The position numbers were made by a program, and so were the translations under genes. A stretch of DNA of 45,552 bases, the filler included, from Jimgerdemannia flammicorona (lineage: Eukaryota): the NCBI GenBank assembly GCA_003990765.1. It is 2 parts of 2 records of this genome, joined end to end, with 100 filler letters (N's around TTAATTAATTAA, not from the genome) between each part and the next. Parts side by side here need not be neighbours in the genome. Positions count along the whole stretch, not along the records: positions 22,827 to 45,552 come from RBNJ01001213.1; 1 more part is not named here. One strand, given 5' to 3'. Each line of letters opens with the position of its first letter. The stretch's first letter is position 1. The notes under the pieces were generated by a model that ran no database searches, was not told the DNA's origin, and saw nothing but the letters and a program-made list of their open reading frames with translations. Positions 24,171-35,229 of the stretch are shown here, piece after piece.

Positions 24171-24409
24171 ATTTTTGGAAAACTTAGAAGAGTCAAAAAA
24201 TCTGTAGATATTTTGTATATTTGGTAGCTAATTTTTGTATTATATCTTAGTTTTTGAATATTTAGTAGAAGTTTGGCAGATACAGTATTCTTTCTTTAGG
24301 TCTTTTTTCAATTAAAGAATTGTTCTTTTTGTGGGTCTGTTAATTTGCACTAATTGACTTCTAGTTTAGTTTGATTTATCATCTGAAGAATTTACCAGAA
24401 TTCTAGCTC

Positions 24410-24577
24410 CTAAAACAAATTTGAGCTGACTCAAATTGATCTGAACTAATTGCATAATGAATTTGAACTTGAACTGATTCAAATTCATTATATGAAAAAT
24501 TCAAACTAGCTCAAATCAGTCATATGGTTGACAAATTCAAATTAAATTCGAATTTCCCTGACTTGATCAGAGTACTA
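24410..24577. mobile_element. hAT-type terminus with subterminal repeats
   Basis: Ends TCAGAGTACTA (cf. TTCAGAGCACTA), preceded by ttgaac/ttcaaat repeats. Confidence 0.7.
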
Positions 24578-24599
24578 CATATAGGTAATAGTAGGGTTA

Positions 24600-26420
24600 T
24601 TCTTATTTTTAGATTTTTTCTAACAACTATCTGAAGATAGTATCAAAGAAGTAGGCTACTCTGGTTCTATTTATGGTTTGTTCTTATTAGCTATATTGTA
24701 CACCTATATTATTCAAAAGAATTTATAATCTAAGTTTAAATACTTTGAGATCTTCTTTTATATTATTGTAGAATTAGAAATTTTTGAACTAAGTTCTAGT
24801 ATTAGCAATTTAAATATAGCTGTAGAACTACTGGATGATCAGCTCTTTTAGAATCATAATAGCTGGATAAACTTTATAATTAGAGCAATTATTATCTATT
24901 TTATTTATAATAGTTTTAATACAAGAATTCTAAGTAAGAGATTGTACTGAGAGATTATACTATTACTGAGTAGCTATATCTATAAAGTTGGTAGCAATTT
25001 TTTCTACTTGTGAGCTTATAGTTATATAAAGAACTTTCATCTTATATATTGTACTTATTATTAAGAGGACTGTTAAGATTCTAATTATTATTCTATCTAT
25101 TAATAGAATAATTAGTATCAACTTGACCTATGAATATTATTACTTAGTCTTCTTTGTCTTCGAATTGTATGAGTTAGAGACCTTTTATATTTGTTTATTT
25201 CAATAATAAGATATATAGAGAGCTTGAATATATATGTATATCTACTTAATCAGCCAGAGCTGCTATCTTTTATTTATTAATATTATTCTACTTTTCTCAT
25301 TACATATATTATAGAATAGTAATAGTCTTCCTTCAGATACTATTATCTTATAGATAGTATAATATATAGTTATTTCTTCTATAATATCAATAATAGAGAT
25401 AAACTTAGAGATCAGTCTACAGATTGATAATTTTGTTAGAGTTATTACTAGGTCTTCTATAGTAATTTTTAGGAGACTTAATGTTTTTAATAATAGATCT
25501 ATAGTAGTACTAATATGTATCACTGGTGTCAGGTTTAGCTATTTTGTCAACTATTTTTCATAATTCAAATAAGATAGTAAGATCTTCACTAGGTTTAGTA
25601 GGTTTCAATTCTCACTATTGAATTATCTTTATTTGTATATAGAGAACTTAATAATAGAGATAAAATTTCTTTTGATTGATATAATATTTCTTATATTTTA
25701 GAAAAGTCTTGGCTTTAGAGTGACAATTATTTGAGGGAAAATTCAGAAAATATTCACTGATAGTATTGATGAATTATTTTATATATTTTGTATAAAAGTG
25801 ATTATTAATTAATTTTTAAATTTTTTCTAACTTCTTAATTATAGGTGACTTTTTATTAAGTATGATAAATATGTTGAATATTTCTCAAATAGTTTTGTTA
25901 TTCAGTTTGTTAAATTTATCTTAGCTGTTATAAATCTCAGTTTACTCAATAATAATTCTATTGATTTTCTTAGCTTAGTTTTGAAGAGAAGCCAGAGTTG
26001 AGGTATTCTTTGGTTATCCCTAATAATATTAGTGATATTAACTAAGTTGTCTCTATTTATAGTAAATTTCTTAATGAAAGCTCACTTATAGATAAGAGTA
26101 ACTTTTACTGCTACAAAATTTATATACTGATAGGATTAATAATCAAGATAACTATCAGCTCTAAGTTTTAAAGAAGTATTAAGTTCTAATTATCTATTAT
26201 AGTAGTATAGACTATATATTACTTTCAGATTCTTATACTAGTAGAATAGATATTATACTTATATCTCTAAGTAAATCAGGCTTAGAATCATTAACAATAT
26301 GGGTCTTAGAGTTCTACAATAAAATAATACTTTATTCTTATATTCAGAAAAAGTAGACCTAAGGTTACAATACTCTCAATACAGTGAGTATTTATATAGA
26401 TTTTGGTCTATAATATAATA
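24600..26420 (-). pseudogene. Highly decayed LINE-like relic (possible APE endonuclease remnants)
   Basis: Minus-strand T*NSCIKTIINKID (TW...RID-like) followed by ADHPVV (SDH-like); extremely AT-shifted. Confidence 0.35.
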
Positions 26421-26431
26421 TAATATGCTAG

Positions 26432-26999
26432 GGATTAACTTGGATGAGAAAATGAGCTGATTTAGATTGATTTGAATCAACTATTATTTTGATTTTCAAA
26501 TTATTCAATTAAATATTTACATTAATAACTCAATAAATAATAATCTAATTTTGATTATTTAATATCATTGGAAAGCCCTTAATAAGGCCTTTCTAATAGA
26601 ATCAAGAATTTCGAAATTAGATGATATATTGCTGAGTTATCAAGGAAAATGTCTGACTAGTCAATTTTTGAAATTTTTTGATTTACCAATTTTGGAAATT
26701 CCTTCAAAAGAACATTTTCCTTAATAGCTTAGCAATACTTAATCTGATTTTTAATGTTCTTAGTATCATTAGAAAGATCTTATTAAGGGCTTTCAAATGA
26801 TATCAAGATTATCAAAATTAGATAATTATTTATCAAATTATTGGTATAAATATTAAATTATCTAATTTGGAAATCAAAATAATTGTCAATTTGAATCAAT
26901 CAAGATCAGCTTGTTTTCTATCTGAGTTGATCTAGATGGAATTCAGTCTGAATCTAATCCAAATCTAATCCAGATTAAATTAACTTATTCAGAGTACTA
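26432..26999. mobile_element. Fold-back hAT-derived MITE, left TIR missing
   Basis: Inverted arms about 26432-26655 and 26710-26932; right end TTCAGAGTACTA. Confidence 0.75.
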
Positions 27000-27016
27000 A
27001 TACTTACTATATCTAT

Positions 27017-27773
27017 GTTTTACAGACTCGGAGTCATGTGGAATTTTATTGGAAGAGAACCTAAATTATATAGGCCAAAACCCTCTCCCACTACCTACTA
27101 ACCACTGCTCCTCTATGAAACCTAGGCTAGCTGATTCCACCCAACAACTAGGGCCCAACCTGCCAAATTTCCAAAAGAAGCTATGAGTGACACCTATCAC
27201 CTAACTGCTCTACACCAATCAAAAGGCCCCTTGAAGCAGCACCTGCCCCAGCCCTGACAACTATCCCCAGCCTGGCACTCTACTGGTCTACCATTATCAC
27301 CCTTTCTCTTATCAGTAATAGCCATCTCTCCTCCCCTTCCAAATAACATCTAAAAAACAGTTACCTATGCCAGAACCATACTTGCCAGGATGCTCACCAA
27401 AGCCAGAGGGCCCCACCACAGGTACCAAGGACCTGTAGGTAACCTACACTGACCACTTGATGCCCAAGGTTGGCCAACTTCCTATATAATCCATGACATA
27501 CTGGGATGACTTCTTGTTGGCAATGGCAAAAGGAAAAAGGTACTGCACCAAAATGGGTATATCCCAGATATAGCTGAAGGTACTGAAAACTATGAAAAAG
27601 TCTGATCTGACACCAATAAAAGGGCAACTCATCACTATTGCCCTCCTTCCACTATTTCCTTGCAGGCACAGCAAACTAACCTGAGATAGAGGGGGTAATA
27701 CTATGAGAAAGGTGATTTGGACAGTTGCTTACTAAACCTTATAACTGATAAGATAGCAGAGAAAGGAGTGTGA
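27017..27773 (-). mobile_element. 5'-truncated LINE 3' fragment with ~16-bp TSD
   Basis: TSD tacttactatatctat (27001) / tgcttactatatctat (27774). PFSFCHCQQE and WLW*ASWQVW resemble the LINE ORF2 C-terminal zinc-finger/Trp region. AATAAA near the 3' end. Confidence 0.7.
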
Positions 27774-27789
27774 TGCTTACTATATCTAT

Positions 27790-29330
27790 TGTAACATATA
27801 TGGCTCAATAGAGGCAAATTACAAGATTAGGGATTGATATAGTTTGGCTTGAGCCCCCAGTTACTTTGCTAAAAGCAACAAAATGTTCATAGTGTTTAGT
27901 GGTATAATAGATAAAGCTGAATATCTGTGAGCAATTGTGGTGATTTCTTTATTGGCATAAATTCTTAGATATAGTAGCAATTTGTATATAGTTTGGCAAT
28001 CTTCTTATATATGATGGTCTGACAATTTAGTAGTTTTCCTTATATAATTTTTGTATGATAATCTTATATAGCACAATGATCTCCTTAGCATAATAGACTC
28101 TGTATAGCATAATGATCTCCTTATATATAATAGTCTGATAATTTGGTAGATAACTTAATTTGATATAGATTCTCCTGAATTGTTGACTTACTGATTATAG
28201 AGAATAGTATGGATAACTTGGATGATGTAGATTCCTTTGAATCAGGCTCACTGAGAATGGGTGAATAACTCAGATAATATGGATAATTTGGATAACTTAG
28301 ATAGCTCAGATATTATGGATTCTTTCTATATCAGCTCTTCTGGAAATATGAGATAACTTGAAAATGACAGATAATGCAGATTCTTCTAAATCAGCAGGGC
28401 TTTGAGAAATAACTCAGATTCTTAGCAAAGTTACATTACAGACTAGCTTTATTTATATAGAATTATATCATTAGACTGGCTCTACTGTGAAGTTGCTTCA
28501 GAAACTGGCTTGTAGCAAGACTTGGACTCTCTGAAAATACAGGTTCTTCTTGGGAATAGTGATAAAGTCCTTCACTTGAACTTCACAGCAAACTCAGGTT
28601 CTTCAGGCTTAGTCTGATAAGTGTACCAAAATACAGCAGCATATTCCCTAAGTGGCAGGTTTCTCATCAAAAGACAGTGAAGTTCTTCACTTGAACTTAG
28701 GTGGTAAATCTTCAGACTTATCTGGCAAATATACCAAAATGCAGTAGCTTATTTATCAAGCAGTGGGTTTCTCTTCTAAAGGTGGCAAAGTTCTTTATTC
28801 AAACTTCATTTACAAATCTTCAGACTTATCTGGCAAGTATACTAAAATACAGCAGCTTATTCCTTAAGTGGCAGATTTCTCTTCAAAAGGTGGCAAAGTT
28901 CTTTACTTGAACTTAGATAGCAAATCTTCAGACTTATCTGGCAAGTGATCTGATCAATCTTTATATTGAAATATAGATCAGAGTGGGAAAAAGAGGACTA
29001 ATGCTCAATCTTTAGAGGCTTCTTTGGTTTACTTCAACTTTTCAGACTGAGGTTTATTCACTCTTATCTCTGGGGTATTTTATATATTTGTGTTTGCTAT
29101 TTAGTTACTATTTTGCTAACTATAGATTGCTATCTATAGTATGTATTTCTAGATAGTACAGTATACTCACTGAGTATAGTATACCCACTCAGTATAGGTA
29201 AATATACTATTTCTGATATCTCTGGCTAATTAAACAGATCAGTATAGTAAAGTAGTCTTAGTTGCTAAGTACACTAGATATAGTATGACTAATTTATGAT
29301 TTCAGTACTATAATTCTATTGCTTATCACA
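27790..29330 (-). repeat. 3' LTR (1541 bp) with internal tandem repeats
   Basis: TGTAAC...ATCACA; direct repeat of 42204-43595. Confidence 0.92.
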
Positions 29331-29859
29331 TCAGCCCCCACTAAAGATTAGTCTGTCCTCAGACCATTCTTTGGCCATCATTCCAATATGCATAAATATC
29401 TTCAATATCAATACCTGAACCAGTATCTCCATTGGAATCAGAATCACTGTTCTTCTTCTTCCTCTGGAAACAGGATTTTGATATGGTTGATGATACTCCA
29501 GGAGGTGGTGGGATTCACGTTTTATATATCATTTAGGAAGAATTGGACCTGTATCAGTGCTGGGACATTTTATTTGTAGATTGTGTACAATCTGTCTGCA
29601 GCAGTGGTATTTTTCTAGGTAAGGCCAGTGGAGTTCCTGATGTAGATTAGATCTGTTACTAGAAGGTTTTGCATCTGTTTTCCAATTGCATAGTAGGCCT
29701 ATAACTGGTGGACTTGCAGTAAACATCTGGCCAAAGTGAGGTTCTCTTGATGGGTCGGGATTCACTGAAGGAGGTTTCTATTGACTAGTCAAAATTGTAG
29801 AAAGGGAACTAAGAGTAATTGAAATGAACTCAGAACAAGGGTCTAGAGGGGTTAGTCAA

Positions 29860-32260
29860 TTGTCTGGTTTATAGTAATAGAAGTATATCTTGAGGCAATT
29901 GATATGTACTAGTGTCCTGAGGATTTATCTATCCATACTTCTTAAATAGATACTAATTCATTTGATGTTATATACAAGATAAGGTCCTTCTCACTTGAGC
30001 TCCAGTTTGGTAGCAAAATTTATTTTAATTATACTTCTCCAAACTAGTACTTGATCTCTAATCTAGATCACCTGATCCTCCTGCTTCTGATTATAGTATA
30101 GTACTTCTTTTGTCTTTTTTGAGCTTTGATAATCTGAACTCATGACTGATTGTGTAACTGTTCTGCCTTCTTGAGGAGGTCTCTGAGATTCTCATAGTCA
30201 GTAGTTCTGGTTTTCTTAGCAAACATTATTTTGAATGACTTTTGTTTGGTGGAGGCAGTAGGAGTGTTCTGAATTTCCCATAGGATCTCATATAAGTAGA
30301 GGTCTCAGTTGATAGGATTGACTCAGGTAAGTCCTATCTTAATGGTCTGGTTCATTTTTTCTATATATCATGCCATTGGACTGAGAGTAGTATGATGTTG
30401 TCCATTTGAGGTAGATCTTGTAAATTCAGATATAACTTATGATTATATTATTAATAAATTCTATGCCTCAGTCAGAGATAAGCTCTTCTAGGGGTCTATA
30501 TCTGAGTATAAGTCTGTAGAGAAGGCCTACAGTGGTTAAGGCATCTGCAATTTCCATTGAGAAACTTGTTTCTTCTTGGTGTATCTGGTAGAGGTCCTAT
30601 TATATCTACTCTCTATCTCTGAAAGATATTGTCTAGTAGTGCAATTTGTTTTAGTAGTACTTGGTGGTTCTTTCTTCCTTAGTACTTCTGGCAGATGTCA
30701 CATTTATTAAGTATGTCCTGGACATGTGTTCTGAGGTTAAGTCAATAATAGTATATTGTTTAAAGCTTTTCTTCTATATTCATCTATTCTTGATGGGCTT
30801 TCTGATGATCTTTTTGGATGAGGTCTTCTTGTGCTTTGATGATTTGAGGAGCTCCCTTTAGAGTGTAGTTCCTTAGGATACCCTTCTTCTGATTCTATGA
30901 GATTGGTAAGAAAGTATATCAATATTATTGTAAGCTTTCTCTGTATTGTGGATGATGTTGATTTTGTAATCCTAAAGGATAAAGAGCTAACAGACTAGGA
31001 TTCTAGTATGTTCCTTATGGCTGGATAGCCATTTGAGGACTGCTTGGTCTGTTATCAGAGTGAATCTTTTTCTGATGAGATAATGCTTGAACAGAGTGAC
31101 TACCCATATAACTGCAAGATATTCCAGTTTAGTGCTACTATAGTTTATCTGCTGCTGATTGATAGCTTGACTTATATAAGTTATCATATGGTACTGTTGA
31201 TCAGGTCCTTCTTGGGCTAGAACTACTCTCAGACCATCTTTAGAAGTATCTATATATAAGATAAATAGCTTCTGTAGGTTGAGGTACACAAGAATTGGTA
31301 CTATAATCATATAGTTCTTGAGTTCTTTGAAGGCTTTCTCTTATAATTCCATCTATTTATAAGATACTTCTTTTATGAGAAAGATTCAGATTAGAGTGGT
31401 GATTTGGGTAAAGTCCTTAATAAACCTTCTATAGTAGGATACTAGTATCAGAAATAATAATGTTTCCTTCAGTGTCTTGGGTACTGACCAATTGTTGATC
31501 TTCTCTATTTTCTTTGAGTCTGCATAGATTCCTTCTTTCAAAACTATGAATCCAAAAAATTCAAGCTTCTGTTTCCCAAAGTATTATTTCTTAGCATTGA
31601 GTCTCAGGTGGTTCTTGTGGGTAAGCTTGAAGAATTCTGCTAGATAGTGCAGATATTCTTTGAAATTTGTTGAATAGATATTGGAATTGTCTATGTATAC
31701 AATCAGGCAGTAGTAGATCAGGGAGGTATAGACTGAATTCATCATTCTCTGAAAGGTAGGAGATGTATTACAAAGTCCAAAGAGCATTCTGAGATACTCA
31801 AACAGTTTTTCTAGGACAAGAAAGACTATTTTCTAAATGTTCTTAGAGTCTATGGAGATTTTGTAAAATTGTGCAAAAAGGTCTATACTGCTGAAGTATC
31901 TGGCATTTTGTAACTAGTCTAAAAGATCATCAATTCTAGACAAAGAATAGGTATTCTTTTCAGTTACTGAGTTGAGTTTTTTATAGTCTATAGAGTCTCC
32001 ATACTTCTTTCTTTGATACAATAAGTATAGAGCTGGCCAAAGGACTAGTTGAGGGTCAGATGACTCCATTGTTCAAGAGTTCTTAAATGTGCTCCTTTTG
32101 AAATATCTTTAGATAGTGGGGTATTATATAGGGTTTCTGCCAAATAGGTGTTATATTTCCTATATTTATACTGTGGTAAAATGATGGGTTATATGGTAGG
32201 TTGCCATAGTCTATAGTGAAGATATCTTGATATTTATTGAGAAGTTCTAATAGTTGTTGC
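29860..32260 (-). pseudogene. RT - RNase H - integrase, degenerate
   Basis: LFGLCNTSPTFQR, IVYIDNSNI (YxDD), LYIDTSKDGL, YSSTKLEYLAVIW, LITDQ, ELISD*G, GPYL (GPY/F). Confidence 0.92.
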
Positions 32261-35082
32261 TATTGCTAGGGTATCAATTCTTCTCCAATATTGGTGGAAG
32301 ACTTTACTGTCTTCTGGATTGCAGAGGGGCCTTTCTCTTCTTCTAGGACCTTTTGCAATTTTCTAATAAGTTTAGTTCATAAACTTCTCTATAAGTTTGG
32401 CTGAGAAAAGGCACAAGGTGTCCAATGATGGTTCTCTTTGGCAAGATGATGGTCTCCCACTTTGGTTGCTTGCTTGGGAGTATACTGGATTCATCTTGTC
32501 AGGAAATATGTATCCTTCTATATCCAGGTGCAGGATATCTTCATTGGGTTTAAAGAAGAGATTTCTAGAGTTGGGTGGTATAAAGATTTCGAAGGTGGTT
32601 TGCTCCCCAGGCTCCAGGATGAGATTCTTGTGCAGTTTGACTAGTTGGTAATATACTTGCTAGAGAACATTCCTCTTGAGATGATTGACCTGAAGGAGAT
32701 ATACTTCCTTCTTACCTATATCTTCTTTGTGAGCTTTGGTTGGAGGTTTGGCCTTGAGATGTAGTAGGGTATACTGGACAACATTCTTGTTGAGTTTGGA
32801 TTGTCCTTGGGCTAAAGCTCTGCTGACATGGAGTTGTCTTGGAGATAATTGATTCCTCTTTTTCCTATAGGATCTAGGGCTTCCATGAATTTGGTTATAT
32901 ATTTTATCCATCCTTAGTGAGTTGTATATCTAATGTGAGCTAGGATATCTTCTTCCAAATTATAGATCTTGAGGGTTCTTCTTCCTGGCTTTTTGGTATG
33001 GCTTTTTTGAATCTGGCCTCAGTTATCTCATCTCTTCAAAGTGTGAATTGTAACATTCTGACTGAGGTCAATCTTCTGATATTTGTAGTCTCTGAAGTCT
33101 GAGTATCTTCTATAGTTGCAATATCCCATTGCTTGGAAATGCTGTTCCCCATTATTGATCTCTTATTGTTTTGTGAATTGGTATCCATCTTGGTCATAAG
33201 TTGAGGGAAGGGTGGTTAAGGGATATACTTCTGTTTGGATGAAGAGATCTTATTCTCTAGATTGACTTTGCAACTTGGTGGTGACTTCCTGGAAGGTGGT
33301 CGACTGTGCAACTATGGTTGGGGGTTCCAATCTTCAGGGTCTCTGTCTTTCTTATTAGTCCAGTAGATGGCACTGATAGTAGTAGTCCTGGGGAGAGTGG
33401 AAGACTATTTGATGTGGACATCTTCCTAGCTGAAAGGCTCTCTCTTAGTGAGTTTCTTACTTGGAAATAATGGAGATTGTGCTAGGTTCTTCTTCAATGT
33501 TCCAGGGGTCATTATCTTCAGATAATATACAGTGAGAGTTATCCCAGGAAATGAGTTCAGAGATCTCTTCTTCTTTAGATACATCTTATTCAGGAACTTC
33601 CTGTTCAGGGGTTTCTTCTTCCTCAGATAATTCTTAATCTCAGATTGCTTATACTTCTGCAGCTTCAGCTGCAGGTTTTTCTAGAATATATCTGTATTTC
33701 TTCTTCTTTCTTCTATACTCAAGACAGGTTGTGCCAGGCGAATTCCTTGTTCAAATGATCTTAGAGGAGCTTTTGAGATACTTGTGTCTTTTGAGGCAAA
33801 TAGGGCATTCTTTGATTTCTCCTACAATAGCTCCAATGGTGATGGGAATAGTATTCTTGGTTCATATATTGTCTTCTGGTCTGTCATTCATCAGGTTGAT
33901 TTAGTGATTGAGTCTGGGATCATTTCCATCTTCAGATTCTTCTTTCTCTTCTATAGTAGATTCGTTACTAATGGTATATTAGTTATCTTAACTCTATACT
34001 TCTTGTCTCAGTGGTTAAACTTGAGTACTTATTGACTAATATTGACAACTATATTCATTTCCTTTATCTAATTAGTGTCAAGAATTATGTCATTGATGAC
34101 AGCTTCAGTGAAAATAGTTTTCAGAATAGAGAAATTAATGTGTCCAAGAGAGATAGTAATGTTTCATACTTCTCCAAGGGGTTGAGTTTGAGCTCCATCT
34201 GCTACTATAATGCTGAGATTAGATGGTCCATCAATATGCCATTGGAGGGTATCCAGAAATATTTGACAATAATATAGATAGCTGCTCCTATATCTATGAG
34301 GATTTTTATCTGTTGTCCTCCAATATCTCTATATAGATAAGTAATGATATAACTCTCTGTAGCTTAGATAGGGGTGAGAGCTAGCCCTTGCTGTGAAATT
34401 GGAACTTGGCCAGTGCTAGACCTGGTGGTCCTTAATAATTTATTTTAGACTCCAGCTAGTATCAGTGACAGTAACTACAAGAGGTGAACTTCCATCTTGG
34501 CTTCTTGAATCTTCTGCCTGACTTCATTATTGATATCTCTAGACATAGTCTTCAGGGTGTACTTCATCTTGGCTTTGGGACAGTAGATTCTCATTCTTTT
34601 TCTTGTTTCATTTCTTTATCCTCTGGTAGCAACTCATTTGTTTTAGGGATAAAAGGGGATAGAGTCTGGAGAGGTATTTATACTTTCTCCTCTTTATGTT
34701 CTTCATCTTTCTCTTGGGCAATTCTTCTACTGATATTCCTGGATGGCCTTCCTATAGGTCTCTCTTATTTCTCTGCTAAATAGACTGTTTTTTGGATAAT
34801 AACTTTGGCTGAGTCCAAATCCAGGTTACTGTAGTCTTCACTGTTGCTTTCTTATTCAAAGTCTTCAACAGAATGGGTTTTAGTCTTATACCGGGTTTCA
34901 TTCCTTCAGTTTAGTGGTTCTGAGTCCCTTCAGTCACTTCTTTTATTATTATATTTAGTAACATAGTATCCAAATTGTCTACAGTAGAAGCATTGGACTT
35001 AGGCTCTGTCTCAGACAGGATATCTTCTTTCTTCTTACTGGTAGTTCCTGTTATCTCTGAGTGGATAACCTTGGCTCCTTTG
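32260..35082 (-). pseudogene. gag C-terminus (knuckle), aspartic protease and a long PR-RT spacer with a dUTPase-like remnant
   Basis: QCFYCRQFGYY (about 34980), KILIDIGAAI (about 34290), LILEPGEQTT...IILPKRTIIGHL (32420-32630). Confidence 0.75.
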
Positions 35083-35229
35083 TTTTTTTTTTATTGTCAC
35101 TTAGACATCAACTTTATTACTGCTATTATAATGACAATTAACCATAAACTGCAACTGTGATACAATATATATAGATAGGGTTGTTTAGCCAACTCCTTCC
35201 TTTCACCTAACCCTATGATCATCTAATAC

